Source: Candidatus Caldatribacterium sp. SIUC1
GTDB lineage: Bacteria > Atribacterota > Atribacteria > Atribacterales > Caldatribacteriaceae
Assembly: GCF_051549785.1 (NCBI RefSeq)
Contig: NZ_CP189974.1
Coordinates: forward strand, 34,093 to 98,092
Direction of reading: 5' to 3'
DNA: 64,000 nt
Part shown: piece by piece, positions 47,290 to 57,307 of the stretch
Layout of the letters: each line of letters begins with the position of its first letter
Position numbering within the stretch: the first letter of the stretch is position 1
Translations under genes and position numbers: made by a program
Notes under the pieces: model-generated
The model's input: the letters and a program-made list of their open reading frames with translations, nothing else
The model's database searches: none
Told to the model about the DNA's origin: nothing

Positions 47290-48186
47290 ATGAGCCAGGT
47301 CCTCGGGTTGATGTTTGCGCTCATCGGCCTTGGGTTTCTCCTGCGGGTTCTCCGGGTTTTCCCGAAAGAAACCGCTCCTTTACTCAATCGCTTCGTCCTC
47401 TACGTGACCTTCCCGTGTCTTGTTTTCCGCTCCCTCCAGGGAGCCACCTTAGACCGGAGGCTGTGGGGCATCCCACCCCTGGCCTACATGGCCATCAGTG
47501 CCCTCTTCCTCCTCGCTTTCCTCATAGGGTCGAAGGGTTTCCGCCTTCCCCCCAGGCGGGCAGTGAGTTTTGCCATGGGCGCAGCCTTTGGGAACACCGC
47601 ATTCTTAGGATACCCCTTCATCCTTGCCCTCCTTGGGGAAGGGGGGTTACCGGCAGCCATCTTCTATGACCAGCTCGGGAATTTCCTCTCAGTCTACACC
47701 CTGGGGGTAACGTTTTGCGTGTTCGGGAAAACGGGGAAGTTCTCGGGGAAAAACGCCGCGGAATTCCTGAAACTCCCTCCCTTCAACGCCTTCCTCCTGG
47801 CGCTCCTCCTCAACGGTCTTCCCTTGCCACCCTTTCTCCTTGGCGTCATTAACCGTCTGGCTGATGCCACCGTTCCCCTCACCATGGTGGCCATCGGCCT
47901 TGCCCTCTCCCCTGCCAGCCTCTCCAAAGATGCGCCACTCCTTGGTGCCTCAGCCCTCCTCAAGCTCCTTCTCCTTCCCCTTGTGGCTTTAGGGCTTGTG
48001 AAGCTCTTCCCCCTTCCCCCGCTTTATGCGAAGGTCCTTGTGCTCCAGTCGGCCACACCGACTCTGGTGAGCTCCTATGTCTTTGCCTCGGTGTATGAAC
48101 TCGACACCGAACTCTCCTCAAGCATTATCTGCGTAACGACGCTCATCGCTTTGGGAAGTCTTCCCCTCTGGAATCTCCTCTTTTAG
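47290..48186 (+). CDS. AEC family transporter (auxin efflux carrier-like permease)
   Basis: 298 aa, about 10 TM. N-terminus MSQVLGLMFALIGLGFLLR. Confidence 0.8.
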   Translation: MSQVLGLMFALIGLGFLLRVLRVFPKETAPLLNRFVLYVTFPCLVFRSLQGATLDRRLWGIPPLAYMAISALFLLAFLIGSKGFRLPPRRAVSFAMGAAFGNTAFLGYPFILALLGEGGLPAAIFYDQLGNFLSVYTLGVTFCVFGKTGKFSGKNAAEFLKLPPFNAFLLALLLNGLPLPPFLLGVINRLADATVPLTMVAIGLALSPASLSKDAPLLGASALLKLLLLPLVALGLVKLFPLPPLYAKVLVLQSATPTLVSSYVFASVYELDTELSSSIICVTTLIALGSLPLWNLLF

Positions 48187-49296
48187 CCTCAGGAAAACCC
48201 TCATGGGGCCAGCCACGAAGATGTCCCCTTCGGCCACTGCCTCAAGGACTACCGTTCCTTCCCGCTTCTCGAGCTCCTGGCGTATCTCGCTCAGGTTCAC
48301 CGCCGAAATCACTCCCACCTTTCCTTCCTGGGGGAGAACCCCTCGCTCTACCCCCAGGACGTTGAGGTCCCGGAGCATTTCTGCAAGCACCAGGTCAGGA
48401 CTGGTCTTCCCCCGCTCAAGCGTCAGCTCCTTCTTCAAGAGCACCTCACCCTGGGCAAAGATTTTCCGGTTCTCATCAATCACAAAGCGGGCGACGACCG
48501 GCTCTCCCCGGAGGGTGTTGAGGGCGGCCACAAGACGCACCACGTACTCCTTCGTTGCCTTAGAGAGCCTCTGCACCGCTTCCCGGAAGTTCATTTCCTG
48601 GACGAACACCACCCCCCTCCCTTCCCGGTCCTGCCCCGCTCCCCGCGCCTGGGCAACAACCGTTGCCCGCTGAATGAGGGCAAGGAGGAAGTTCTCCGCC
48701 TCTTCTTGAGTCATTCCCGGCTGGGCCACCACACGCAGGATTTCCTCTTCATCCCGGAAGACAATCTCTCCTTGTCGCACCGCCAGGAGATTGGCCCGAA
48801 GACGGGTAAGCTCCATCTGCAGAGACTGGATTTCATCCTGGAGGGTTTTCCGCTGCTTCTCAAGTTCAGCAACACTCTGGGAAAGCGACTTCACCTGTTC
48901 CTCAAGGCTGGCTTTGGAGATCGAGAGCTCCTTCTCCTTCTCCGAGAGCACCGTGACCTGTTCCTCGTACATCTTGACGGTCCTCTGCATGTGCTCAAGC
49001 TGGGCATTCCGTTCCAGAACCTCCCGGTTCAGCAACTCAAGCTGTGCCTTGAGTTCCTCCATGCCAAAAAGTGCCGTACGCACGTCTTTTGAAGCCAGGC
49101 TCAGAATGGCAAGCGTCACCGTAGAGATGAGAATCCCCGTGAGGATGCTCACAAGAATCGCCGTATAGCGGGGACGGAGGGTGAGAACCGAGAGCTTTCG
49201 CTTGCCGATACGACGGCCGAGGAAATCTCCCACGTAGGCAATGACACCGCTTAGAAGGAGAAGCACCAGAACAAGCAGGAAGCCACCTGTACCCAT
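48118..49296 (-). CDS. DUF3084 domain membrane-anchored coiled-coil protein
   Basis: ATG at 49296 (RBS GAGGTGG). N-terminal TM, long coiled coil, conserved C-terminal domain. The ORF-track extension to 49341 overlaps lptG. Confidence 0.6.
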   Translation of the reverse strand: MGTGGFLLVLVLLLLSGVIAYVGDFLGRRIGKRKLSVLTLRPRYTAILVSILTGILISTVTLAILSLASKDVRTALFGMEELKAQLELLNREVLERNAQLEHMQRTVKMYEEQVTVLSEKEKELSISKASLEEQVKSLSQSVAELEKQRKTLQDEIQSLQMELTRLRANLLAVRQGEIVFRDEEEILRVVAQPGMTQEEAENFLLALIQRATVVAQARGAGQDREGRGVVFVQEMNFREAVQRLSKATKEYVVRLVAALNTLRGEPVVARFVIDENRKIFAQGEVLLKKELTLERGKTSPDLVLAEMLRDLNVLGVERGVLPQEGKVGVISAVNLSEIRQELEKREGTVVLEAVAEGDIFVAGPMRVFLRLKEEIPEGKTSQSDERRYADNA

Positions 49297-49306
49297 TTGT
49301 GCCACC

Positions 49307-50392
49307 TCACTGTGCAGCATCCCGCCTAAAGAGGAGCACACTCCCCCCGAGGCTTCCGAGGATATTCGGTATCCACGTCCCGAGAAAAGGAGGGAGCACT
49401 CCCCCTTCGGCGAGGGTGCTCATGATGGAGAAGAGGACGTAGTACCCGAAAACGATGAGAATGCTCAACCCAATGCCTAAAGCCTTCCCCGAGCGGGGCG
49501 AAGTAATCCCAAGCGCCACACCAAGAAGGGCAAAGACCAGCGCCGCAAAGGGGATAGCGGTTTTGTGCCAGAGGAGAACCTCAAGGCGTCCCGTAGCCTG
49601 ACCACGGGCTCTCTCCCGGGCAATGTAGGCCCGGAGTTCTGCAAAGCTCATCTCCTGGGGGCTTTTCCTCGTTTTGAGGACGCCCGAAATGGTTTCCTGT
49701 GTTTTTGCCCTTTCCCGGGTGAAACGGACGACCCGCTCGACCTCACCGCGGTCGTTCACCTCGTAGTACACCCCATCCTCAAAGACCCACTGACCGTCGG
49801 TCACCCGGGCCCGGGCTGCGTTGATGATGCGCCGGAGTTTCTCTTTCTGGTATTCTTGGACCACGACCCCCCGGAGGGTTTCATGACGGGAGTCTATTTC
49901 CCGGACGTAGAAAATGCGCTCCACACCCTCCTCGCTGACGTCCCGGAAAAACGTCCGTTCCTCCACCGGCCAGGAAAATCCCCCTTCAGACCAGATTTCC
50001 TTCAGTTTCAGTGCTGCAAAGGGGAGCGCAACTTCCTGGAGAAGAACGGTCCCCACGCACACCCACAGGGCAAAGAGGAAAAAGGGGGCAAAGAACCGGA
50101 TAAGGCTCACCCCGCAGGACCGAAGGGCGATGATTTCACTGTCTGCGGCCATCCTTCCAGTGACAAGAAGCACCCCCAGAAGCAGCGCCATGGGGAGGAC
50201 GTAGACGAGAAGTTGAGGGAGGCTCAGGAAGAAAATGGCCACAACTCTCTCCCCCGAAAGACCCTCCCGAAGCCACATCCGGGCCAGGCGAAAGAGGAGA
50301 TCTCCCGCACTCAGAATGGCCACAAAGAGGCAAACCCCAAAGAGAAACGACCCACTGACCTGCCTGAGTACGTACCGGTCAAGCACCTGCAT
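49307..50392 (-). CDS. lptG: LPS export ABC permease LptF/LptG family (YjgP/YjgQ)
   Basis: 361 aa. N-terminus MQVLDRYVLRQVSGSFLFGVCLF is characteristic. 6 TM. Confidence 0.85.
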   Translation of the reverse strand: MQVLDRYVLRQVSGSFLFGVCLFVAILSAGDLLFRLARMWLREGLSGERVVAIFFLSLPQLLVYVLPMALLLGVLLVTGRMAADSEIIALRSCGVSLIRFFAPFFLFALWVCVGTVLLQEVALPFAALKLKEIWSEGGFSWPVEERTFFRDVSEEGVERIFYVREIDSRHETLRGVVVQEYQKEKLRRIINAARARVTDGQWVFEDGVYYEVNDRGEVERVVRFTRERAKTQETISGVLKTRKSPQEMSFAELRAYIARERARGQATGRLEVLLWHKTAIPFAALVFALLGVALGITSPRSGKALGIGLSILIVFGYYVLFSIMSTLAEGGVLPPFLGTWIPNILGSLGGSVLLFRRDAAQ

Positions 50393-50394
50393 GC

Positions 50395-51129
50395 TCAGAG
50401 ATTGAACCGCTCCCCAAGGTAGTACCGGCGGCTCAGTTCCGATTCGATGATTTCCTTCGGTGTTCCTGAAACCAGGATCTTCCCCTCAAAGATAATGTAG
50501 GCCCGATCGGTTATGGCCAGCGTCTCCCGAACGGCGTGGTCGGTGATGAGGACACCAATACCTCTTCCGGCCAGCCCCCGCACGATGTTCTGGATGTCCT
50601 CCACGGCTATGGGGTCGATGCCCGTGAAGGGTTCGTCAAGGAGGATGAAGGAAGGGGAGGTAGCCAAAGCCCTGGCAATCTCCAGACGCCTCCGCTCACC
50701 ACCTGAGAGGAGGTTGGCTACCGACTTCGCCAGATGGGCGATACCAAACTCCTCAAGGAGCTCGTTCCTCCGCCGCACCACCTCTTTCCGGGAAAGTCCC
50801 TGCATCTCCAGGACAAGATCGAGGTTCTCCTGAACCGTAAGCCGGCGAAAGACTGAGGGCTCCTGCGGGAGGTACCCAATACCCATGCGGGACCGGAGAT
50901 ACATGGGGAAGTGGTTGAGCTCAAGGTCATCAAGGAATACCTGTCCCCCAGTGGGTCGGACAAGACCGACGAGCATATAGAAGGTGGTGGTTTTCCCCGC
51001 ACCATTGGGGCCGAGGAGTCCCACGATTTCCCCCCTGCGAACCGTAATGTCGACCTCATGCACCACCCGTTTCTTGCCGTATTCCTTTGTCAGGCGCCGA
51101 CCAGAGAGTACGTTCCAGTTCCGTTTCAT
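50395..51129 (-). CDS. lptB: LPS export ABC transporter ATP-binding protein
   Basis: 244 aa. Walker A GPNGAGKTT. Signature LSGGERRRLEI. LptB-like C-terminus. Confidence 0.88.
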   Translation of the reverse strand: MKRNWNVLSGRRLTKEYGKKRVVHEVDITVRRGEIVGLLGPNGAGKTTTFYMLVGLVRPTGGQVFLDDLELNHFPMYLRSRMGIGYLPQEPSVFRRLTVQENLDLVLEMQGLSRKEVVRRRNELLEEFGIAHLAKSVANLLSGGERRRLEIARALATSPSFILLDEPFTGIDPIAVEDIQNIVRGLAGRGIGVLITDHAVRETLAITDRAYIIFEGKILVSGTPKEIIESELSRRYYLGERFNL

Positions 51130-51833
51130 TGTGCCTCTTCCTTGGGAGGGACAAGGAAAATCTCCACGTTACCCTCCACTTTTACCTGAAGGGTATCGAG
51201 GTTGACCGTGATGCGTTCCCCCCGAAGACGGTTGCCCTCCCGCTCAAGCTCCGCTTCCCCCTCAAGGATCAGGAAACTGGACCCCTCGGTGTACCGCGCC
51301 CGCTTCGCACTCCCCCGCCACCCCTCCCGCTGGACCACCGCATCCTGTCCTTGCCAGGCTTTCTCGGCAAAGCGGTACTCTGCCCGGGAAAAGACCACCT
51401 GAAAGCCCCGGAAGGTGAGAGCAGGATTCCCCGTGAACACCGCCACACCCTGAAGGAAATCGAAAAGCCCTTCCCGAGCCCCAAAGCTCATGTCCTTCCC
51501 GGTCCCCGAAAGGTCCAGGACATGAAGGGCATTGGCCTTTCGGGAATAGGAGAGGGAGCCGATACGGACTGTAAGGCCATCGAGGAGGGCGGTGATATCA
51601 CCGCTTGAGCGGACCTCCTGGGCCTTGACGTCCACCTCGAGGGTGGGGCAGAAAACCTCGAGGTTCTTCCAGCTCAGGGTGGCCTTATGGGCCACGATCT
51701 TCCCCGTTTTTTCGTCGTACTCTGCCTCCTGAGTCCGCACAAGGAGCACGTTTTCTTCTTCTCCCCAAAGTCCCCACACCGGGACGAACAAAGCCAAAGC
51801 GAAACATCCCAGAATCAGAAGCCATCGACTCAT
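51126..51833 (-). CDS. lptA: LptA/OstA-N family periplasmic LPS transport protein
   Basis: 235 aa. Signal peptide plus OstA-like beta-jellyroll repeats. Confidence 0.7.
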   Translation of the reverse strand: MSRWLLILGCFALALFVPVWGLWGEEENVLLVRTQEAEYDEKTGKIVAHKATLSWKNLEVFCPTLEVDVKAQEVRSSGDITALLDGLTVRIGSLSYSRKANALHVLDLSGTGKDMSFGAREGLFDFLQGVAVFTGNPALTFRGFQVVFSRAEYRFAEKAWQGQDAVVQREGWRGSAKRARYTEGSSFLILEGEAELEREGNRLRGERITVNLDTLQVKVEGNVEIFLVPPKEEAQ

Positions 51834-52387
51834 GGTTTTCCCATCTCCAGCCGCACCACAACATTCCCCCGGAGGTACGCCTTCTTCTCCGCTACATTAT
51901 AAACCAGCTCTCCACACTCTGCCCTCACTCCCTGACCGACAAAGCGCGCCTCTACCACCGAGAACTCCTCTCGCTCTCCCTGCCAGCTGAGCTCCCGCCC
52001 GAAAAACCGCTCCCCAGTCGTCACACGGCAAAGTTCCACACCCTCGAGGAACACGCTCTGTGTCCCAAGGAGAACACGCCCCGTCTGGGCCCGCACCTCA
52101 TAAAGCGGCATACCTCCGCTAAAGAGTGTTCCGACAATCGAGGACAGCACCACCGTGTCGCCCTGTTTTTCAATGTGCGGAGCCCTGAGGGCCCACTCCC
52201 TGCCTCTTGCGCTGACTTTCGTCACCTCGGCTTCCTCAAGGAGGATTGTCGTCTGCTTTTCCTCTGCGGGGGGTTCCTGAAGGGTCACCGAGTGGGGGAT
52301 GACAAAAAAGTACCCAACAAGCAACCCCAAAAGGACAAGGGAACCCAGAAAGAGCAGTACCCCCCCGGAGTCACTCTTTGGCACCAT
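51830..52387 (-). CDS. lptC: LptC-like protein
   Basis: Probable ATG at 52387 giving an N-terminal TM anchor (VLLFLGSLVLLGLLVGYFFV) plus an LptC fold. The ORF-track extension overlaps the upstream gene. Confidence 0.6.
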   Translation of the reverse strand: MVPKSDSGGVLLFLGSLVLLGLLVGYFFVIPHSVTLQEPPAEEKQTTILLEEAEVTKVSARGREWALRAPHIEKQGDTVVLSSIVGTLFSGGMPLYEVRAQTGRVLLGTQSVFLEGVELCRVTTGERFFGRELSWQGEREEFSVVEARFVGQGVRAECGELVYNVAEKKAYLRGNVVVRLEMGKP

Positions 52388-53135
52388 CGACCAGGAGGTA
52401 GTACACACGCCGGAAACCTCTGCCCGCCAGGGAAGCGGCAAAGGCTTTCCCTTCGGCGCTGGTTGCCGCAAGAATAACGTAAACGCCCTGGGGGTCAAGG
52501 TGGGAGAGGTCATCCTCTCCTGTTACGGTCTTGTAGCGGAGGCCTGGCTTCTCGGGAAAGGGGTTCGTGCCACGCTCCCGGAGATCCAGAAGCACCACTC
52601 CCTCAAGGACCTCAAGGAGGTTCCGGACCTCAGGAAGCAGAAGACCCCGGAACCACAGGATGCGATCGAGTTTCCTCCGGACAGTGGCTTCATCGCTTCC
52701 CCCAAGAATCACATCGGCAATCTTCCCCTGGGGGTCGATGAAAAAGAGCGTGGGAAGTCCAAAAATCCGATATGAAAAGGCGGTTTCTCCCCGCTCGTCA
52801 AGGAGGACAGGAAAGGAAAGGCCCAGCCCTTCCACGAAACGCCTGACCTTCTCCTCTGGCTCCTGCAGGTCAACGCCAAGAACAAGCAGAGACGCCTTTT
52901 CCCGGTACTCGCGGTAGAGCTTTTCAAGAAGCGGCAACTCCCTCTCGCAGTACGGACACCAGGTGGTGAAGAAAGACAGAATGACGGGCTGGCCCCGAAA
53001 GTCGGCGAGGGTGTATTCCTTCCCGTCAAGGCCGGGGAGGCGAAAAGCCGGTGCTTCCTGAGCTCCAGCTTGAGGAAGAACACATGCCACCACAAAGAGC
53101 ACGACAAAAAGCCCGAAAACTCTCCGAATACGCAT
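52371..53135 (-). CDS. TlpA-like thiol:disulfide oxidoreductase fused to C-terminal rhodanese-like domain
   Basis: 254 aa. Signal peptide. Redoxin WCPYC motif. C-terminal ..DVILGGSDEATVRRKL..RGFRRVYYLLVDG resembles a rhodanese. Confidence 0.7.
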   Translation of the reverse strand: MRIRRVFGLFVVLFVVACVLPQAGAQEAPAFRLPGLDGKEYTLADFRGQPVILSFFTTWCPYCERELPLLEKLYREYREKASLLVLGVDLQEPEEKVRRFVEGLGLSFPVLLDERGETAFSYRIFGLPTLFFIDPQGKIADVILGGSDEATVRRKLDRILWFRGLLLPEVRNLLEVLEGVVLLDLRERGTNPFPEKPGLRYKTVTGEDDLSHLDPQGVYVILAATSAEGKAFAASLAGRGFRRVYYLLVDGAKE

Positions 53136-53149
53136 GAAAGTAGCCTCCT

Positions 53150-53395
53150 TCAGGTTCGCGGGGCATTCTGGGGGAGGAAAATCTCTTTGAGGGTGTGCAC
53201 CATCTCTTCAGAGGCAAAGAGAGCATCCCGGTTCTTCTGCACGAGAGACCGGTAGAGTTCTTCCCGGTAGATGGGGACGTCCTTTGGGGCAAGGACCCCA
53301 AGACGGACCTTCCCCCGTTCAATGGCGACTACCCTGACCTCAATGGTATCGCCGATGCGAATGCTCTCATTGACCCTCCGGGTGATGACCAGCAT
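53150..53395 (-). CDS. csrA: carbon storage regulator CsrA (flagellar-type, FliW partner)
   Basis: MLVITRRVNESIRIGDTIEVRVVAIERGKVRLGV.. is the canonical CsrA N-terminus. Confidence 0.9.
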   Translation of the reverse strand: MLVITRRVNESIRIGDTIEVRVVAIERGKVRLGVLAPKDVPIYREELYRSLVQKNRDALFASEEMVHTLKEIFLPQNAPRT

Positions 53396-53825
53396 TGACT
53401 TCCGCTCCCTGCCCCTTGAGGACGAGGGGGTGATACAGGGTGTACCGTTCATCCTCAAGGATGATTTGCTTCCCCATCTTCAGAGTACAGTTTATCACAA
53501 GTGGGGCCAGAAGGTTAACACCTATTTCCTGAGGAGAACGGACACTCATGATGGCGAGAACGATGACCTCGTCACTCTTTGTGATTCCCAGGGCCTCGCA
53601 TTCAGAGGAGGGAATCTCCACCTCGTACCCCGGGAAACACACAAAGGGGTCACACACGGCAAAGACAATGTCCGGGTCGTCCACGCTCTGCAGCCAGAAA
53701 AACCCCCGATCCTCGAGGAGGAGAAAACGGTGGAGGTGCTCAAACCCGGGAATACCCCAGGGGAAAAGGAGGATTTTGTTCTCCTCAACCTCAATGTCGC
53801 CGAAATACCTTGTGGTCACCTTCAA
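53367..53825 (-). CDS. fliW: flagellar assembly factor FliW
   Basis: TTG start (RBS GAGGGAAG) gives MKVTTRYFGDIEVEENKILLFPWGIPGFE, the FliW consensus N-terminus. Confidence 0.85.
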   Translation of the reverse strand: MKVTTRYFGDIEVEENKILLFPWGIPGFEHLHRFLLLEDRGFFWLQSVDDPDIVFAVCDPFVCFPGYEVEIPSSECEALGITKSDEVIVLAIMSVRSPQEIGVNLLAPLVINCTLKMGKQIILEDERYTLYHPLVLKGQGAEVNAGHHPEGQ

Positions 53826-53835
53826 GGCGCTTCCC

Positions 53836-55002
53836 TCACCGCAAAAAGTCAAGGAGTGTCGGTTGCATGAGTCTTGCCGCGGCTGCCAGGGCCATCTGGT
53901 ACACATTCTGATGCTCCTGAAGCTGCACCACGACCTCGGCAACGTCGATGTCCTCGTCAAAGGAAAGGAGCTTTTTGAAATTCGTGGTGAAGTCCCCGAA
54001 ACGGTTCAGAGCGTTCTCCAGGCGAAGTGTGCGGGCACCGACTTCCGCCCGGACCTTCAGGAGGAGATCCAGAACCTGGTCCAGTTTCTCCAGGTCCTCT
54101 CCGGAAACGAGGTCCACCCGGTTCTCCCGAAGATGCTCCGCAAGGTCCCGGACCACCTTGAGCATCCCCGAGGCTTCCCGGGAGTTCGCAGGATCCAGGA
54201 GCCCCCAGTTTGCTAAGGGTGTCCCCAAACGGTCCTCAAGGATGAGAGGGTCTTCGGTCCGGGAACGCAGGAAAAGTCGCTTGCCGTCGGTGAAGGCGTA
54301 CACCTCTTCCTTGAGGGCCGGATCCTCGTTGATGCGGCGGACAAGGTCCTCAAGGGTCGTCATGGTGCCATCGATTTCGATTTCCACACCGTTTATGGCA
54401 AAGCGTTCTCCCGCTGTCAGCGTTATACCTTCGTTACTCTGGACTTCAAACCCCCGGAAGAAGAGGTCATCCCCGGGCACCCCAATCGTCACCACCACTC
54501 CCTCGCTGATTTCCCTCTGGATGGATGCTCCGTTCCCCTGATACGTAAGGCGGCCACCAGCAAGAACAAAGGGCGTGGTGAGGGTTTCGGTTCCGGAAAA
54601 TATGTACCTACCAGCATAGGCGGTGTTGCCAATTCCCGCAAGTTCCTCAAGGTACTTCTCCACCTCGGTGGCGATCATGGCGCGGTCCTCAGGAGTGAGT
54701 GTTCCGTTCGCCCCCTGAACGGCCAGCGTCCGCACCTTCTGGAGGACGCTGGTGGCCTGATCAAGACTTGTGTCGGTGAGGTTGAGCCAGCTCAGCCCGT
54801 CCTCAACGTTTGCAGTGTACTGCTCGAGCTTTCGGATGGATGTGCGCAGAAGGAGCACGTGGTTGAGCTTCACCGGGTCGTCCGAGGGACGGCGGAGGGT
54901 TTTGCCCGAAGAGAGCATATCCTGCACCCGGAGGAGCCTTTCCGTGATGCTATAGAGATTCGCCATGACCTGGTTTGTAACCATCCGATGGGTAACCCGC
55001 AT
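53836..55002 (-). CDS. flgL: flagellar hook-associated protein 3
   Basis: 388 aa. Flagellin-like N and C termini (MRVTHRM..NQVMANL..; ..RLMQPTLLDFLR). Confidence 0.85.
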   Translation of the reverse strand: MRVTHRMVTNQVMANLYSITERLLRVQDMLSSGKTLRRPSDDPVKLNHVLLLRTSIRKLEQYTANVEDGLSWLNLTDTSLDQATSVLQKVRTLAVQGANGTLTPEDRAMIATEVEKYLEELAGIGNTAYAGRYIFSGTETLTTPFVLAGGRLTYQGNGASIQREISEGVVVTIGVPGDDLFFRGFEVQSNEGITLTAGERFAINGVEIEIDGTMTTLEDLVRRINEDPALKEEVYAFTDGKRLFLRSRTEDPLILEDRLGTPLANWGLLDPANSREASGMLKVVRDLAEHLRENRVDLVSGEDLEKLDQVLDLLLKVRAEVGARTLRLENALNRFGDFTTNFKKLLSFDEDIDVAEVVVQLQEHQNVYQMALAAAARLMQPTLLDFLR

Positions 55003-55012
55003 CCTCTCACCT

Positions 55013-56401
55013 CTACCTGATCCTGTTCACTAAGGTGTCGAGCATCTCATCGATGGTACGCACAAGAAGGGAAGCCGCCTGGTACGCATACTGGTACCGG
55101 ATGAGGTTGGTCATCTCCTCATCAAGCGACACTCCCGAAATCGACTCCCGGCGGTTCTCAAGCTGCTGCACAAGAAGCTCCTGATTTTTGGCGATGCGCT
55201 GGGCCTCCTCCCGTTCCACTCCCAGACGGGAAACAATCCCCCGGTAGAAGTCGTCAGGGGTGGACCCGCTGACCACGGGTTGACTCCGAAGCCGGGCAAT
55301 GGCCAGGGCGTTTCCCCCATCTCCCGGAGCACCACTCAGGGAGGCTGCGATCTTTTCCGGGTTTTCGAGAATCTCCGGGCTCACCGCAAGGTCTTTCGCC
55401 CCATCTCCGATGAAGAAGTCCCCACCCCTTTGGGGTGGTTCCTCAAGGGTGAAGCCCTGAGCATGCACCCCGTTGACCGCCTCTTTGAGCCCCCTGGCCA
55501 GGGTATCCAGGGCTTCCTGGTACTTCGGAACAACAACATCTCGAAGGTCGAGAATCGCCTTAAGCTCCCCGTTCTGGTACGTGAAGTCCACCCGAGGACC
55601 GTTCTCCAAAAAGACCTCGTACATGCCCGAGGCATTCGGGGAGAGACTGAGGAAACTCCGTTCCCGGTCGTTCACAAGAATCCTCCCCTGGAGCACGATG
55701 GTGTAGGTCCCGTTCTGGTTCTCTTTGACCTGAACAGTGAGGACCTTCGAGAGATTCTCGACGAGAACGTCAAGCTGGTCTTTGTAATCGTTGATGTTGC
55801 CCCCTGCTGGGGCTATCCGGACAATCTGCTGGTTGAGGTCGTAAATCTGCTGGATGTAGTTGTTCACCTCCTGAACCTTTATGGCCACCTCTTCGTTGAG
55901 TTCGTTCCTTTGGGTCTCAAGCTGCATGTAGGCGTGGTTCAGCGCCTGCGCAAGGAGACTCCCGGTCTCGGCCACGAGGACCCGGGAAGCCTGGGACTCG
56001 GGAGACTTGGCAAGCTCCTGCCAGGTGTTCCAGAAGCGGTCAAAAATCTGGGAAAGGCCGCTCTCGCCCGGTTCCCCAAAAATCACCTCAATCTGTTCCA
56101 GCCCCTTGTCTATCGTGTTCCAGTACGCTCCAGTACGGGATTCCTGGCGAATCTGCAGGTCCAGGAATTCGTCCCGCATCCTCCGGATTTCGTCCACGTC
56201 GGTCCCAAGACCTACGTTCTTGAGATGAGGTGGAACGAAAAGGCCACTCAGGGGAACGGTTTCCTGCAAGAGGTGGGGAACCTGGCGGGTGTACCCTGGG
56301 GTATTGGCGTTGGCGATATTGTGGCTTGTGACGTTCATCGCTGCCTGGTGTGCCTGCAGCGCCTTTCGGGCAATTTCCAGTCCGAGGAAGATGGTGCGCA
56401 T
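55013..56401 (-). CDS. flgK: flagellar hook-associated protein 1
   Basis: 462 aa. MRTIFLGLEIARKALQAHQAAMNVTSHNIANANTPGYTRQ is the FlgK signature. Confidence 0.9.
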   Translation of the reverse strand: MRTIFLGLEIARKALQAHQAAMNVTSHNIANANTPGYTRQVPHLLQETVPLSGLFVPPHLKNVGLGTDVDEIRRMRDEFLDLQIRQESRTGAYWNTIDKGLEQIEVIFGEPGESGLSQIFDRFWNTWQELAKSPESQASRVLVAETGSLLAQALNHAYMQLETQRNELNEEVAIKVQEVNNYIQQIYDLNQQIVRIAPAGGNINDYKDQLDVLVENLSKVLTVQVKENQNGTYTIVLQGRILVNDRERSFLSLSPNASGMYEVFLENGPRVDFTYQNGELKAILDLRDVVVPKYQEALDTLARGLKEAVNGVHAQGFTLEEPPQRGGDFFIGDGAKDLAVSPEILENPEKIAASLSGAPGDGGNALAIARLRSQPVVSGSTPDDFYRGIVSRLGVEREEAQRIAKNQELLVQQLENRRESISGVSLDEEMTNLIRYQYAYQAASLLVRTIDEMLDTLVNRIR

Positions 56402-56412
56402 ATCCTTCCCCC

Positions 56413-56955
56413 CTACACGACGCCGTCAATGAGAATCCCACGGACGCCACCCCTGTACTTCTCACCCCGTGGGGGTCCGTAACAGGGGCTGTTTTTCTCT
56501 TCCTGCCGCTCTACCTCCCGGAGGAGTAAAGAGAACACCACATCGATGTAGTTCAGAACATCCTCAATGAGCAGGGCATTCTGCCGGTTGAGCTCCTGGA
56601 GCTCCCGAACCACCCGGTTGAGCTCCCCCTGAAGGACATGGAACTCCTCCTGGAGATCCGCATCGGCAAGCTCGAAAACCCTTGAGAGGCTCATCTCCTG
56701 CTCTTCCGGGAAGAACCGCCGTTTCATCTCCTCCCAGATGTTGCCCAACCGCCTCTCCACCGCGCAGGTTTGAAAGACCAGTTCCCCCTCTTCCTCAAGG
56801 AGGGGCACAAGGGCCTCAATGTCGTTTTTGAGGAGGAGTGCCTGCTTCTTCCGGGCAATCTCAAGAAGCCTCTCTTGGAGCCCGAGTTCCCTCCTGAACC
56901 CCTCGAGAAGATGCAGGAAGTACTCACGCCGAGTGGTCAACACGTTCACCCTCAC
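56413..56955 (-). CDS. flgN: FlgN-family flagellar chaperone
   Basis: 180 aa helical protein between flgM and flgK (Bacillus yvyG position). Confidence 0.65.
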   Translation of the reverse strand: MRVNVLTTRREYFLHLLEGFRRELGLQERLLEIARKKQALLLKNDIEALVPLLEEEGELVFQTCAVERRLGNIWEEMKRRFFPEEQEMSLSRVFELADADLQEEFHVLQGELNRVVRELQELNRQNALLIEDVLNYIDVVFSLLLREVERQEEKNSPCYGPPRGEKYRGGVRGILIDGVV

Positions 56956-57247
56956 TCACGATGAAATCCACCGCTTCGCGGTAGAGCATCTTTCGGGCAA
57001 TCTCCACACCGCCTGGGTGGTACTGACCCTTCTCAAGGCGTTCCCGGAAAGCCACCACGAGTTCCTGCCGGATGGGGGGAATCTCCCGCAGGCGTTCCTT
57101 CAAGACGCTCATCCTCTGGGCCTCAAGGGAGAGGGCGAGGGAATCGCCTTGAGGAGATACCCGGAGCGCTTCTCCTCGCTTCTGTCCTCTGGCTCTCTCG
57201 ACGTACACCTGGAGAAGGCTTTCTACCTGATTCCCAGAAATCTTCAC
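56924..57247 (-). CDS. flgM: anti-sigma-28 factor FlgM
   Basis: 107 aa. GTG start (RBS AGAGGGGATGG). C-terminal ..IRQELVVAFRERLEKGQYHPGGVEIARKML FlgM motif. Confidence 0.8.
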   Translation of the reverse strand: MKISGNQVESLLQVYVERARGQKRGEALRVSPQGDSLALSLEAQRMSVLKERLREIPPIRQELVVAFRERLEKGQYHPGGVEIARKMLYREAVDFIVSEGERVDHSA

Positions 57248-57307
57248 GCTCCATCCCCTCTTTTCTTCCCCTTCTGCCCCTATATATCGACGCCTTTTGA
57301 GTTTTCT

